In this document: positions 14,921 through 27,599 of the stretch, piece by piece
Layout of the letters: each line of letters opens with the position of its first letter
Position numbering within the stretch: position 1 is the stretch's first letter
Assembly (NCBI GenBank): GCA_030390025.1
Contig: CM059431.1
Coordinates: 150,662,001-150,726,000, forward strand
From: Squalus acanthias
Taxonomy: Eukaryota
Length of the DNA: 64,000 nucleotides
Reading direction: 5' to 3'
Notes under the pieces: model-generated
What the model was told of the DNA's origin: nothing
The model's database searches: none
The model's input: the letters and a program-made list of their open reading frames with translations, nothing else
Position numbers and translations under genes: made by a program

Positions 14921-15114
14921 TGTGGTAACACAATACAGCTTCCTGTGACTCGAACTTTATTACATCACTTCCTGTGATTAGTCCAGGATAAATACTGGGC
15001 TGATCAGTTGGATCCTGGAGAGGCATAGAGTAAGACCTCTTTTGTATGTAGCACCTTTTTAGTTGATTAAAGCTTACTTTAAGTTCACCACGCGTAAGGC
15101 TCATTCTTACGACA
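14921..15114 (+). repeat. Gypsy 5' LTR (194 bp)
   Basis: TGTGGTAACA...CTTACGACA, direct repeat of 19208-19401. Confidence 0.97.
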
Positions 15115-15192
15115 ATTTAATCAACTTTGAAAAACTTCGCACTCAAACTTTTTGGACGAACTCGGAACTAAGGATCCAGGGAATCACCCATC

Positions 15193-18100
15193 ATGGAAAA
15201 CATCCTTAAACCATCGCGTCTTGACTTGGACCCAAACACCCCAGCAGCCGGTAAGGTGTGGAAACACTGGTATCGCACGTTTGACAATTTTCTCGAATAT
15301 TGCAAGGCTGATGATGACTCAAAATTGCGGATACTCATCAACTGTGTCACCCCGAATGTATTTCAGTATGTCGAGGAATGGGGCAGTTACGAGGAGGCAA
15401 TTCGGACGCTTAAAAGACTATATACTAAGACACCGAATGAGGTCTATGCCAGACATCTACTAGCTACAGCCCAACAAGGGCCGGAGGAATCCATTGATAA
15501 ATTCCTCCAAGAGCTTCGCAGACTTAGTATGGACTGTAACTTTCAGGCGGCCTCAGCTGAGCTGTACCGTGAAGAAATGATCCGTGATGCTTTCATCTGC
15601 GGGCTTGCCTCCCCATTTATACGCCAGCGTCTACTGGAAAGTAAGACACTTGAGCTTCAGAGAGCTTATGACATGGCTTGCTCTCTAGATCTGGCAAAAA
15701 GAAATGCAGACCTTTATACAGTGCCCAGACCTCGGTCTGCTGCCTTAACTACAGTCAGGCAATTTAAGAGGCCACAGGTGAACTCTATTAGGGAGGACTT
15801 TATCCCTGACGATCAATCTGATGACTTCACTGATGAAGAGGATGATGACCCCACTGTGGCAGCCTCTTGGCAATCTAAGAAATGCTTCTTTTATGGTGAT
15901 GAGTTTCACCCTCGGAAATTCTGCCCTGCTCGCAATGCGTTTTGCAGTCATTGCAACAAAAAGGGTCATTTTGCAAAGGTTTGCCTATCAAGAGCCTCTA
16001 CGAGGGCTTATCAAGCTAAGTCCTACCGAACTGCCCCGGTAAGGGCCTATCAAGATGTTCCGGCTAAAATCTATCGTGCTTCCTCTCGGGTTTTCTCTCG
16101 AAGAAACACACCTAGAGTTTCAGCCAGTCTTTGTGCAACGACACCAATTACAGCTGCTTGTCCTCAGAACCTATTCCATGCAGCTACAAAAGCATCAATT
16201 AATGGACATACTTTAGATGCCTTAATTGACTCAGGTAGCACTGATAGTTTCATTAGGGAACAGATTGTTGCAGAGTTAAAGCTACATGTTTTCCCATCGG
16301 ACCAGGCAATTGCGATGGCTCAGTCATCACTTAATACCAGAATTTCTGGCTTTTGTATGGTTGAAATAACACTTAATGGTCACAGGTATCCCTCCACCCG
16401 GCTTTCGGTGCTCAAGGACTTATGTAGTGATCTTATCTTAGGGCTAGATTTTCAAAAGCAGCATAAGAAGCTCACCATTGAGTTCGGCGGATCCAAACCT
16501 GAACTCACTATTTCTAATATACGACCTCGATTACCGTTCTGTGCATTGTCAGCAGCTTCACTGGATGAACCCTCACTGTTTACCAGTATCCCTCCTCGAT
16601 GCAAACCGATTATAACAAAGTCACGACGTTTCAGTCAGGAAGACCAGTCTTTTATTGCGGCTGAGATTTCTCGGCTTTTAGCAGAGGATATCATCGAGCC
16701 TTGTTCGTCGCCATGGCGCGCCCAGGTCGTTATTGTTAAGAACCCTCTACAACCTCACAAGAAACGGCTGTGCATTGACTATTCACAGACCATCAATCAA
16801 TATACGGACTTGGATGCATACCCATTGCCGCGCATCGATGATATGGTTAATAAACTGGCTGAGTAAACGGTGTTCTCAACATATGATCTGAAAAGTGCCT
16901 ATCATCAGGTACCCTTGAAGGTCTCAGACAAGCAGTATACGGCCTTTGAAGCCAATGGACGGCTGTATCAATTTCGTCGCCTCCCCTTTGGGGTCACTAA
17001 TGGAGTGGCTGTCTTCCAGCGAGCAATGGATGACCTGGTCAAACAGGAAGACTTAAAGGATACGTTTCCTTATCTGGACAACATTACTGTCGCAGGTCGC
17101 AATCAGCGGGAACATGACGCCAATCTCCAACGATTTTGGGATGCACTCCAGCACCGTAATTTGACATTAAATGCGGCTAAATCCATTGAGTCACAACCAA
17201 CCATCAACATCCTTGGTTATTGTGTGGGCAATGGCATCATTAAACCTGACCCTGAAATGCTTCGCCCACTCCAAGAACTCCCGCCACCTAAGAATCCGGC
17301 CTCCTTGCGCCGGGCCCTCGGCCTGTTTGCATACTATGCTAAATGGATTCCTAACTTCTCGGACCGAATCCAACCTCTACTGAAGGCCAGCACATTCCCA
17401 CTAGACACAGCGGCTGTTGCAGCCTTTAACCTCCTGAAAAAACAGTTGGAGAAAGCGGCTCTTCACTCCATCGATGAGAGTCTTCCTTTTGTTGTTGAGT
17501 GTGATGCCTCGGAGGTGGCGATCTCGGCCACTCTGAATCAGGAAGGTCGTCCGGTGGCATTTTTGTCCAGGACTTTTCAAGGGGCTGAGCTACATTATCC
17601 TCCAGTCGAGAAAGAAGCTACAGCCATCATAGAGGCAGTACGGAAGTGGACTCATCTCCTAGCTCGCCAGCACTTTACCTTAATCACAGACCAGCGATCG
17701 GTCGCCTTCATGCTCGATAATCGAAAACGGACCAAAATTAAAAATAATAAAATCTAGCTTTGGCGGCTGGAATTGGCCTCTTTTGGTTACACCATCCACT
17801 ATCGACCTGGCAAGAAGAATGTGGCTCCGGATACCCTCACACGAGCATTCTGCTCCGCAATGGCACCCTCTACGCTCGTAGACATCCATGATGGGTTGTG
17901 TCATCCGGGCGTTACTCGCATGCTACACTTCGTGCGGTCCCGAAATCTCCCATTCTCTACCGGGGATGTAAAGAAGATGTGCTCGGACTGCAGAGTCTGT
18001 GCGGAATTGAAACCTCAGTTTTTCCGCCCCTCGGGTGGTATACTCATACATGCGACCCAGCCAATGCAACGGCTTAGCATCGATTTTAAGGGGCCGTTGC

Positions 18101-19143
18101 CCTCTTCAACTCGCAACACTTATCTATTGACCATGGTCGATGAGTATTCCCGTTTTCCATTTGCCTTTCCCTGCCCCAATATGCTGCCGACCACGGTTAT
18201 CAGCTGCCTTGAGCAGGTATTTGCTTTCTGTGGCATGGCATCCTATGTTCATTCGGATCGGGGCCCTTCTTTTATGTCAGGAGAACTCAAGGCCTATCTC
18301 TCGGAACGGGGTATTGCTGCCAGCAGAACGACGCCTTATCATCCGGTCGGGAATGGGCAAGTCGAGCGTTTTAACGCTATCATCTGGAATGCGGTACGTC
18401 TGGCTTTGAGATCTCGGGGCCTACCCAACCAGCAATGGGAAGCAGTACTTCCAGACGCATTACACTCCACACGGTCCCTCCTTTCGACCGCCACAAATAC
18501 GACGCCTCATGAACGGTTCTTCCGATTTCAGCGTCGCTCATCCTATGGGATATCTCTCCCGTCGTGGCTGACTGCACCGGGACCAGTGCTACTCCGAAGA
18601 TATGTTCGGGCGTCTAAGAATGACCCCCTGGTAGATGAGGTTGAGCTCACTGACGTCAACCCTACCTACGCCTATATTCGGTATCCTGACGGTCGGGAAT
18701 CTACCGTGTCATTGCGGGATCTGGCTCCCTGCCCGCCGAAACATAGAGGGACACCAGGGGATGATATTGTACCAGGCACATCTCTGGGCTAGCCAGGTGC
18801 CTCTCATCACGATCTGGATCTGACGCCGGCTGGTACCTCACTCCAGCGTGCCGACCTGGGGCAGACTGACTACGAGCCCGTCGGGGCTCGCACGCGCAGC
18901 CACGATCCACCCCATACCATACGCTCGGAAACGGATCTACCACAGCCCTGCCTGACACCCGTTCGGGCACCAGTACACAGTCAGGATCGTCCTGACCCCT
19001 CACATAGCGGGCTGGATCACTCGGACTCTGGTCCACGGCCCACGATGGGTAAACGGGCTCGGGGCCCTCTACCGCTACGAGAACCCAAACGGGTGCGGCT
19101 CTCCCTCGTCCAGCGGCTACGTAATGGAGGGAGAATGTGGTAA
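15193..19143 (+). pseudogene. Gypsy gag-pol single reading frame with three in-frame stops
   Basis: ORFs at 15193, 16870 and 17773 share one frame; stops at 16864-66, 17755-57 and 18790-92, after which the frame reads on to ..RNGGRMW* at 19143. Zinc knuckles (..CSHCNKKGHFAKVC), protease LIDSGS, RT DLKSAYHQ/PFG/YLDN, RNase H CDAS..EKEA..TD, integrase HHCC plus IDF..SDRG..VER. Confidence 0.93.
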
Positions 19144-19207
19144 CACAATACAGCTTCCTGTGACTCGAACTTCATCCCGGCCTCCTAATCTTTTTGGGGG
19201 GGGAGAA

Positions 19208-19401
19208 TGTGGTAACACAATACAGCTTCCTGTGACTCGAACTTTATTACATCACTTCCTGTGATTAGTCCAGGATAAATACTGGGCTGATCAGTTGGAT
19301 CCTGGAGAGGCATAGAATAAGACCTCTTTTGTATGTAGCACCTTTTTAGTTGATTAAAGCTTACTTTAAGTTCACCACGCGTAAGGCTCATTCTTATGAC
19401 A
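19208..19401 (+). repeat. Gypsy 3' LTR (194 bp)
   Basis: Direct repeat of the 5' LTR, preceded by PPT GGGGGGGGAGAA. Confidence 0.97.
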
Positions 19402-20018
19402 TATAGGAACAGGGATTTCCTGCTGCAGTTGTAAAGGGCCTTGGTGAGACCACACCTTGAGTACTGTGTGCAGTTTTGGTCGCCTTATCTGAGGAAGGAT
19501 GTTCTTGCCATGGAAGGAGTTCAGCGAAGATTCAGAAGGCTGATACCTGGGATGGCAGGAAAGACATATGAGGAGAGATTGCGTCGATTGGGATTATACT
19601 CGCTGGAGTATAGAAGAATGAGAGGGGATCTCATCGAAACATATACAATTCTGACAGGTCTGGACAAACTAGATGCAGGAAGAATGTTCCCGATGGTCGG
19701 AGAGTCCAGAACCAGGCATCATAATCTAAGGATAAGGGGTAAGCCATTTAGGACAGAAATGAGGAAGAATTTCTTCGCCAGAGAGTGGTGAACCTGTGGA
19801 ATTCTCTACCACAGAAGGCAGTTGAGGCCAAGTCATTAAATATATTCAAGAATGAGTTAGATATATTTCTTAAAGCTAAAGGTATCAAGGGATATGGGGA
19901 GAAGGCAGGTACAGGCTACTGAGATTGGATGATCAGCCATTTTCTCATCGAATGGCGGAGCAGGCTCGAGGGGCCGAATGGCCTACTCCAGCTCCTATCT
20001 TCTATGTTTCTATGTTTC
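19402..20018 (+). mobile_element. CR1 LINE 'B', 3' part
   Basis: Continues the reading GFEY|R across the Gypsy TSD; RPHLEYCVQFW; ends in a CTATGTTT tail. Confidence 0.92.
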
Positions 20019-20020
20019 TG

Positions 20021-20420
20021 TGATCGAATTGAAACTTATAAAATTCTAACAGGTCTAGACAGACTAGATGCAGGAAGGATGTTCCCGATGGCGGGGGAGT
20101 CCGGAACCAGAAGTCACAGTCTAAGGATAAGGGGTAAGCCATGTAGGCCTGAGATGAGGAGGAATTTCTTCACCCAGTGAGTGGTGAACCTGTGGAATTC
20201 TCTACCACAGCAGACAGTTGAGGCCAATTCATTAAATATATTCAAGAAGGAGTTGGATATATTTCTTAAGGCTAAAGGCATCAAGGGATATGGGGAGAAA
20301 GCAGGGACAGGGTACTGAATTTGGATGATCAGTCATGATCTAATTAAATGGTGGGGCAGGCTCGAGGGGCCAAAAGGCCTACTCCTGCTCCTATCTTCTA
20401 TACTTCTTTGTTTCGATGTA
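20021..20420 (+). mobile_element. CR1 LINE 'A', 3' part
   Basis: Begins DRIETYKILTG, the continuation of FRRMIG at ~11677; degenerate tail near 20390-20420. Confidence 0.85.
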
Positions 20421-21539
20421 ATAACAATCCTGGGGGCATTGTAAGACGCGCAGCTCTAAACAGATTCACGAAGCAATCAGAAGTGAAAAGAGAAAGAACT
20501 TTTACAGAGAAGGATAGTGATGGAGACACACGGTAAATACGGAAACTTTCAGATATGCGTTGGACAGACAGACAAAGATGAATCTCAAAAAATGCACATC
20601 TGCAGATTGTAACATTAACTGCAAGAATTTGTTCCAGTACTATACACCAAAAACAAGATGGAGATCAGAGGAGAGTCGCATAGCAATATAAGGATGTCAA
20701 ATCAAATCAATTATCAAATCAAACCAATCAATGATCAGAACCACTCTGTTGCACTTGTGTGAAATGACCAGTTTCCATGTTGGATCTTCTGTCGAATTTC
20801 GAACCGGTTCTGCTGATTTAGTGCGAATTTATGCCTGATTTGCTGCAGTTACCTTGTGCACTCAGTCCTCTAAAGGGCTGGGAGGGAAATGTGCTAACTT
20901 ATCTCAGTGAGGACCACTCCAGCCAGCAGAGAGAAGCCCCTACCCTCCATCATTCGAGGCGTGATGTGCACAAATTTTACTCGTTAATGAGAGTGCAATC
21001 CCATTGAATGACCCAGACCCCTCTACAGCGGAAAGTATCCGGTTTACCAAATGTCACCAACGTACATTTTGATTCCACTCTCAATAGGAAGATAACGTTT
21101 ACCAAGACCAGTAAACATTATCACTACATGAGTCCAGCGAGAGATAGCCACATTATATTTCCTTCAGTATATAATGCGAAAGACCAGTAACTCCAAGTTG
21201 ACGCACAACAGGAATTCTGCTCTCCAATCTCCAGCGAGAGAATTCGGAAGTTCCGGGGAGACAGCGTTGTTTTAATTTTACAGCAGTTTGTGTCCCTTTG
21301 AGAATTCCCTGTCCTGTACAGACAAGGATGGAAAAACCTGTTAAACAATGTGTACAAATACAGAAGCATCGTAAGGTAGTCCTATTGTTTTTAGATGAAT
21401 CAATGAGCCTGATATAGTTTAGGCTTTCCAGGTTAAGCTTCTTTAAGGATTAAATGACGTTAGGATGTTAAGAGACCGGCACAGCAAAATTCTAATCATG
21501 TAACTTTCGAAGCATGAAGTAAAGTTAAGAATATATAAA

Positions 21540-21765
21540 AAGAAAGACTTGCGGTTATATAGCACATTTCAAGACATAAAAACGTCCCAAAGCACTGTAC
21601 AGGATGTTTGAAGTCTAGTCACTGTTGTAATGTGGGAAACGCCGCAGTCAATTTGCGCAGAGCAAGGACCTACAAACAGCAATGTGATAATGACCAGATT
21701 ATCTGTTTTAATGATGTCGGTTGAGGGGTAAATAATGGCTAGGACTCCCCTGCTCTACTTCGATA
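21540..21765 (-). mobile_element. DeuSINE (SacSINE1-like) fragment
   Basis: Reverse complement of the Deu-domain and tail sequence seen at 22760-23200. Confidence 0.7.
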
Positions 21766-21809
21766 TACTGGATCATTTGAATGTCGAACGTCAAATCCCC
21801 TGTAATGTT

Positions 21810-22380
21810 GCGGAATACTTGGAGTACTGCAAAGAATTCTGCTCGCCATATTATAAAAAGGACATAGAGGCACAGGAGTGGGTGCAAAATAGATTCACAA
21901 GGATGATACCAGAAATGCGAGTGTATACCTATCAGAAAAGGATGAACAGGCTGGGTTTTTTTCTCTTGAAAAGAGAGGGCTGAGGGGTGACCTAATAAAG
22001 GTCTTTAAAATTATGAAAAGTTTTGATAGAGTAGATACAGAGAGAATGTTTCCACTTGTTGGGAAGAGCAAAACTAGACATTATCCACATAAGATAGTCA
22101 CCAAGAATTCAAATAGGGAAATCAGAAAGAACTTGTTTACCCAGAGAGTGGTGAGAATGTGGAACTCGCTACCACAGGGAGTGGTTGAGGGAAATAGTAT
22201 AGATGTATTTAAGGGGACGCTAGATAAGCATATGAGGGAGGAGGGAGTAGAGGGTTATGCTGATAGAGTTAGATGAGGAAAGACGGGAAGAGACTCGAGT
22301 GGAGCATAAACGCTGACATGGACTGGTTGCGCCGAATGGCCTGTTTCTAGGCTGTATATCCTATGTAATCCTATGTAATA
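21810..22380 (+). mobile_element. CR1 3' fragment
   Basis: LEYCKEFCSPYY..., FTQRVVRMWNSLP; CCTATGTAAT tail. Confidence 0.88.
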
Positions 22381-22759
22381 TGTAATTAGATTTTGGTGAC
22401 TTGCTGTGTGCCTCATTGGTTGCTGTATATTTCTCCCTAACAAGAGTAGCCACTCTTGAAATATAAATGATAGGCAGTGAAACACATTTTGCGCCCCGAG
22501 GAAGTAAAACGCTATAAGATACAATTACCTTTTTAGTTCTATAAGAAAGTTTACATTTTCAGATTCACAGTAAGTACTTAATCGTACAGAGAAATACATT
22601 GAAGTATTGAAGTTTGAACACGGAAACAGGCGACTGCGCCCAAAAAGTCCATGTCTGTGGTCACCTTCCGTCCCGCAAATACATCTAATCAGAGCTACCC
22701 GCCCTGGTGCCACATCCCTTCAATACTTTTTTCCTTCAACTGCCTATCATATATCATTT

Positions 22760-23200
22760 AGGTGTCAAATGTTGCTCAGTGGGAGCACTCATGCATCTGA
22801 ACCAGATGGTCATGGGTTCAAGAGACCTGAGCACAAGATCTAAGCCGACACTCCAGTGCAGTACAGAGGAGTGCTGAAATGCCGTAAGTGTTGTGTTTCG
22901 GATGAGACTTTAAATTGAGACACCGCCTGTCTTCTCTGACTGACGTAAAAAATCCCATGGTGCTCCCGGAAGAAGTGCTGGGGAGGTCTGCAGGTGTCCC
23001 AAACAATATTTATCCCTTTACCAACATTCATTAAAACAGATTGTCTGGTCATCGTCTCATTATTGTTTGTGGGATATTGTCGTGCTCATATTGGCTGCGA
23101 TTTTCCTACATTACAACAACTTCCAAAGTAGTTCATTGGCTGTAAAGCGCTTTGGGACGTCCTGAGTTCCTGCAACGTGCGATAAATCTAAATTATTTAT
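22760..23200 (+). mobile_element. tRNA-headed DeuSINE (SacSINE1-like)
   Basis: A-box/B-box-like head (TTGCTCAGTGG...GGTTCAAG), Deu-like core GACGTAAAAAATCCCATGG...AATATTTATCCCT, tail TTGGCTGTAAAGCGCTTTGGGACGTCCTGAG. Family name is from recalled consensus. Confidence 0.75.
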
Positions 23201-23478
23201 TTCTTTTAATCTTGAGTGTTGACATGATTTGTGCCCCAGCCATTGTCCTATCATTTGAGGCATAACCGTAACTTAAGTGTATCAGCAGCTTTAGCTGGAT
23301 TTAGCTTGCTTACAGCATCACAGAGCGATGTTTAAATCTAAGTTTGCAGTAAGATCGGACACGGCCGAGTGTTGCAGTTTGTATTCAACGTGTTACTGGA
23401 AACACCCCAGTATTTTGGCTGTTGCTATGACATCTAATCATGAAAACTCCCAGTCCTTTCTTCTGCCCATTCATTTAG

Positions 23479-23633
23479 GGCTAGAAATTCGTCTGGGGCG
23501 GTGGCGTAAAACGGGCGATATCGGATCGGCAGCCCGTTATACGCAGCGCCTGATATTCAGTTCTATTACAGTCGATGGAACTGAATCCGATACCGCACGT
23601 TTTTTGCCACCGCCCTAGACGAATTTCCCGGCC
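23479..23633. mobile_element. Palindromic MITE (~155 bp)
   Basis: Long imperfect TIRs: GGCTAGAAATTCGTCTGGGGCGGTGGCGTAAAACG vs CGTTTTTTGCCACCGCCCTAGACGAATTTCCCGGCC. Confidence 0.8.
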
Positions 23634-24134
23634 ATAATCTAGTAATGTCTCTTTGTAATTGTATGCACTCGGCTACACTACTTACTATGCCACCAATCTG
23701 TGATTCATCGGCGGACTTGCATATGTGGATCTCCATTGATTTATCGAAATCATAAATACTTATCGTTAATAGTTGAATCACCAGCACAGTTCCTGGTGGG
23801 TCACCACGATTCACTTCCCTCCAATTCGAGTACATATACGTAATGCACATCACAAGGAAAAAAATACGTTCGCCAGTCCGTATTAGCACCCATAAACATA
23901 GATAACAAGGAAGAATACATTGGCCCAGAATTTCAGATGCCTACGGGTGTGTACGAGCTGTGTGCTGAAAACCGGCACTTCCGATCTGTCAAGAATCATG
24001 AGTCATAATGTCTCGGGTTGAAGCCCGCCCCAGAGACCGAACAAACATTCCATACTGACACTCAGATGAAAAGATGCACCGAGCCCAATTGTAATATTGC
24101 AAGAAGAGTAGGGGAGTTGTGTTGGTACACGGGA

Positions 24135-24652
24135 CATAGAAACATAGAAACATAGAAAAATAGGAGCAGCAGTAGGCCATTCTGCCCTTCGAGCTGCTCC
24201 ACCATTCAATATGATCGTGGCTGATCCTCTATCTCAATACCATATTCCCGCTCTCTCCCCATACCCCTTGATGCTTTTTGTGTCTAGAAATCTATCTATC
24301 TCCTTCTTAAATATATTCAGTGACTTGGCCTCCACAGCTTTCTGTGGTAGAGAATTCCACAGGTTCACCACCCTCTGAGTGAAGAAATTGCTCCTCATCT
24401 CAGTCCTAAATGTCCTACCACGTGACCCCTCGTTCTAGCTCACCCCCACCCCACCCCCCGCCCACAACCAGGGGAAACATCCTCCCTGCATCCAGCCTGT
24501 CTAGCCCTGTCAGAATTTTACACGTTTCAATGAGATGCCCTCTCATTCTTCTAAACTCTAGTGAATACAGGCCTAGTCGACCGAATCTATCCTCATCCGA
24601 CAGTCCTGCAATCCAAGGAATTTTCCTGGTGTGCCTTCGCTGCACTCCCTCT
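24135..24652 (-). mobile_element. CR1 3' end
   Basis: (CATAGAAA)x3 tail on the plus strand; RLGLYSLEFRRMRGHLIE on the minus strand. Confidence 0.9.
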
Positions 24653-25789
24653 TGAAACATGGAGAAGGAATATTCAGAGAGCTTGATGGGAAACTAACAG
24701 TTAGCTGAGCATACAAAATAAAAGCATCAGGTAACTGAGATGTTAAAAAATAGTTTAGCAAAACAATAGGTGGGAAATTAAACTTGTTTAGCATAGAGAA
24801 TATTAAACATTATTGCGAAAGAGTGTGTGTGTGCGTAATTAATTGAAATAAAGCATTGTACCTGGACCCTGGAAGCGTGCCAGAAGAAAGCCTTTCGGCT
24901 GTAAACGTTTGAAAGAAAATAAGTTCTAAAAATGCAACTGCTTTTCACACAGAAAGCAGACAGATGAAATAATGAGGACAGACGAGATAAAGGAATGCAA
25001 CGTGCAGGATAACCTAGGCCTTGGATCAGTCTAGTGACAATGGAAAGTTACTGAAGGGAGGGTGTCATGATAAATCAGGTGACAGAAGGAATCCAATCAA
25101 GGGAGAAGAAGCAGATTAAATTTTACTAGGGGAACAACAATCATGTAAAAAGAGACATTTTGTGCTTAGAAAAATGCATGTCTACATTCCTGTATTCGTA
25201 TCTGTTTAATCTACTCTGCTGGTAACGTGCTTTGCATGCTGACTGAAGAAATAGAGGGATTGAACCTGAAGCAACGACTAAATACATTACGACTCATGTA
25301 AAAGGACAATATGTGTGTTTTACCAAGATTACTGGCGAGCCACCAGGGCCTCAACTTTCAGCTTTTTCTTTGAACACTGGGGGCTCATAGACATCGGATA
25401 GAAGGAACCTCATGCATCAAGAACACAATTGCGAGCGAGCTCTGTGTCAGGAAGTAAACTACGACCGCCGTCAGAATCTTACGGTAACAACTACGCTGCA
25501 GGGTACAGGATGAATAACATCTGTAAGTATGTGCTGTATACATTTTGTATTTTATACTGGGAGTAGAACAGGTACAAAAGTATGGGGTGCTCTGAAGTAA
25601 CAGTGGAGGAAACATTGTGCTCGCCACGTACACCACAATCTCTTATAGACATCACAGACATTCTGGCCTGGACTGATAAGTGGCAAGTAACATTCTCGCC
25701 ACATAAGTGCCAGGGTGTGCTTTGTCCCCAATACAGTGAGATTACTTTTTAGGTGATTTCCTCAGTTAACTTTTATTTTAAATCAATGG

Positions 25790-26295
25790 AAGCACACAAT
25801 TACAAAGAGATATTAATAGATTAAGTAAATGGTCAAAAACTGTGGCAAATGAATTTCAATACAGGCAAACGTGAGTTCATCCACTTTGAACATAAAAGAA
25901 TAGAAAAGAGTACTTTCTAAATGGAGAAAAGCTAGAAACAGTGGCGGTCCAAAGAGACTTGGGGGTCTATGTACAGAGATCATTAAAATGTCATGGATAG
26001 ATATAGAAATAATCAAACAGACTAATGGAATCTTGGCCTTTATAGCTGGAGGACTAGAATACAAGAGGGAAGAATTTATGCTACAGCTATACAAATCCCT
26101 CGTTAGACCATACCTTAGGAAGGATATATTGGCCTTGGATGGAGTGCAGCGTAGATTTGCCAGAAACTATTTTATGTTAAATTACGAGCAGAGATTAAAT
26201 AAACGACGGTGGTATTCCCTGGAATTTAGACGGTAAGGGGTGATTTGATCGAAGCTTTCAAGGTATTAAGGGGAACTGATGGGGTAGATAGAGAG
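25790..26295 (+). mobile_element. Degraded CR1 RT C-terminal fragment
   Basis: TNGILAFIAGGLEYK...YSLEFRR. Confidence 0.8.
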
Positions 26296-27599
26296 CTAGT
26301 TGCAGATTGATTACATTTGTCCGTTTCACAGGACTCAGAAAGGTAACCAGTTCGTGTTGGTTATAATTGACTGTTATTCGAATTACGATTAAGTAGCAAA
26401 CATTAGAAATTAAAAATTGCTTGGAGAGAAAAAGGATAAAGTAGTCTATGATGGAATATAGAAGGAGAAAGGGAAAGATTCTGTCCCTTTTCTACTGCGA
26501 AAGGCTGCAAGATTTCAGTGTACTGTCTCTTTATAAAGCCTGTGTGAATGTTTCGGTGCTACTGGATGTGGATCCGCCCTCTTTCCCTTTTGTGTAAAAA
26601 TGTTAAATGTTTTCTTCAACTATGAAAGCCACCTTTTTCTTCAGTTATGTTACAGTTATTTGGAAAGGCGCCTGAAGAACAAAAGAAAACAGATGACGTA
26701 ATTTTCTGGGATTTTGTAAGCATGTGCTTTTTTGATTATTTTATCTGTTCTGTATGGTTGTTAGTTAATAAAATATTGGCCTGAATTACACTGGAGCCAT
26801 TGAGGTGTACTAACCTATTAAATTGTGAAAAACCTCTTTGATTGTGGCCACATTGAAATTCTGCTTATTGTTTTAAATTATGGGAAGGTTTCTAGTTCCG
26901 GACGTGAGACTTTCAACTATTAAAATTGGCAGTTTGAATTTTTAAAACGCTAATGATTTGAATTGGAATTTTAGGACATTTGAGATGATTCTGCTTCTTT
27001 AAACATCTTGGTTGTACTGGCAAATCTTGGATTTGGAAACCTCGTTAAAAATGCTAAAAAGTTTAAAATGAGTTGTTTTTTTGTTCTTTTTATCCACAAG
27101 TTGTCGTAACCAGTCCTGACATGTGGCCTGGTCGCCAAGTTGTAGGGCATCCGTCTTGTAAACTCGCTGATCGCTGTTTCGAACCTGTATCTTTAGCGGT
27201 TTTAAGACTCCAATCTTTAATTACATGATTTTGCCCGCGCCACTTAATCGCCCTGTGTCTTTGTCTCTCGCCATCACAGCTAAAATCTTTAACTCCCCGT
27301 GTAAACTTTGGATATTTAACAATTCTGCCGGACTTGGTTTCCCGGCGGTAACATTTCCTTAATTTTGTGGTTTGAAACAGGAGCGAGGCATAAATATGTC
27401 CCGATCTCTTAACTTCTTTGTTATTCTCCAATCTGCTGGTATTAGAGACAGAGAGATAGTCAATCTGGATTGGAGTCCCACCTGTCTATTAGTCCCAAGT
27501 CTATAGTCGCACCTAATGCATCAGTACCACATATAAAAGGGACAAAGAAACTTGGACCTTAAATCAGACAAAGAGACTGAGACTGATAGCAGACGGCAG

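Larger units (their letters stand above)
14921..19401 (+). mobile_element. Near-complete Ty3/Gypsy LTR retrotransposon (Mag-like features)
   Basis: Two 194-bp TG...CA LTRs (14921-15114, 19208-19401) differing at 2 positions; 5-bp TSD TATAG (14916-14920, 19402-19406); G-rich PPT before the 3' LTR; Gag-PR-RT-RH-IN order. Confidence 0.97.

Noticed and set aside
15193..19143. Programmed stop-codon readthrough in the Gypsy polyprotein
   Set aside because: The stops fall inside RT, the RNase H-integrase region and the tail rather than at a gag/pol boundary; simple nonsense decay is more likely.
20760..21480. Possible structured ncRNA or exon in non-repeat-looking sequence
   Set aside because: No match to any RNA family or protein motif that I can recognise; left unannotated.
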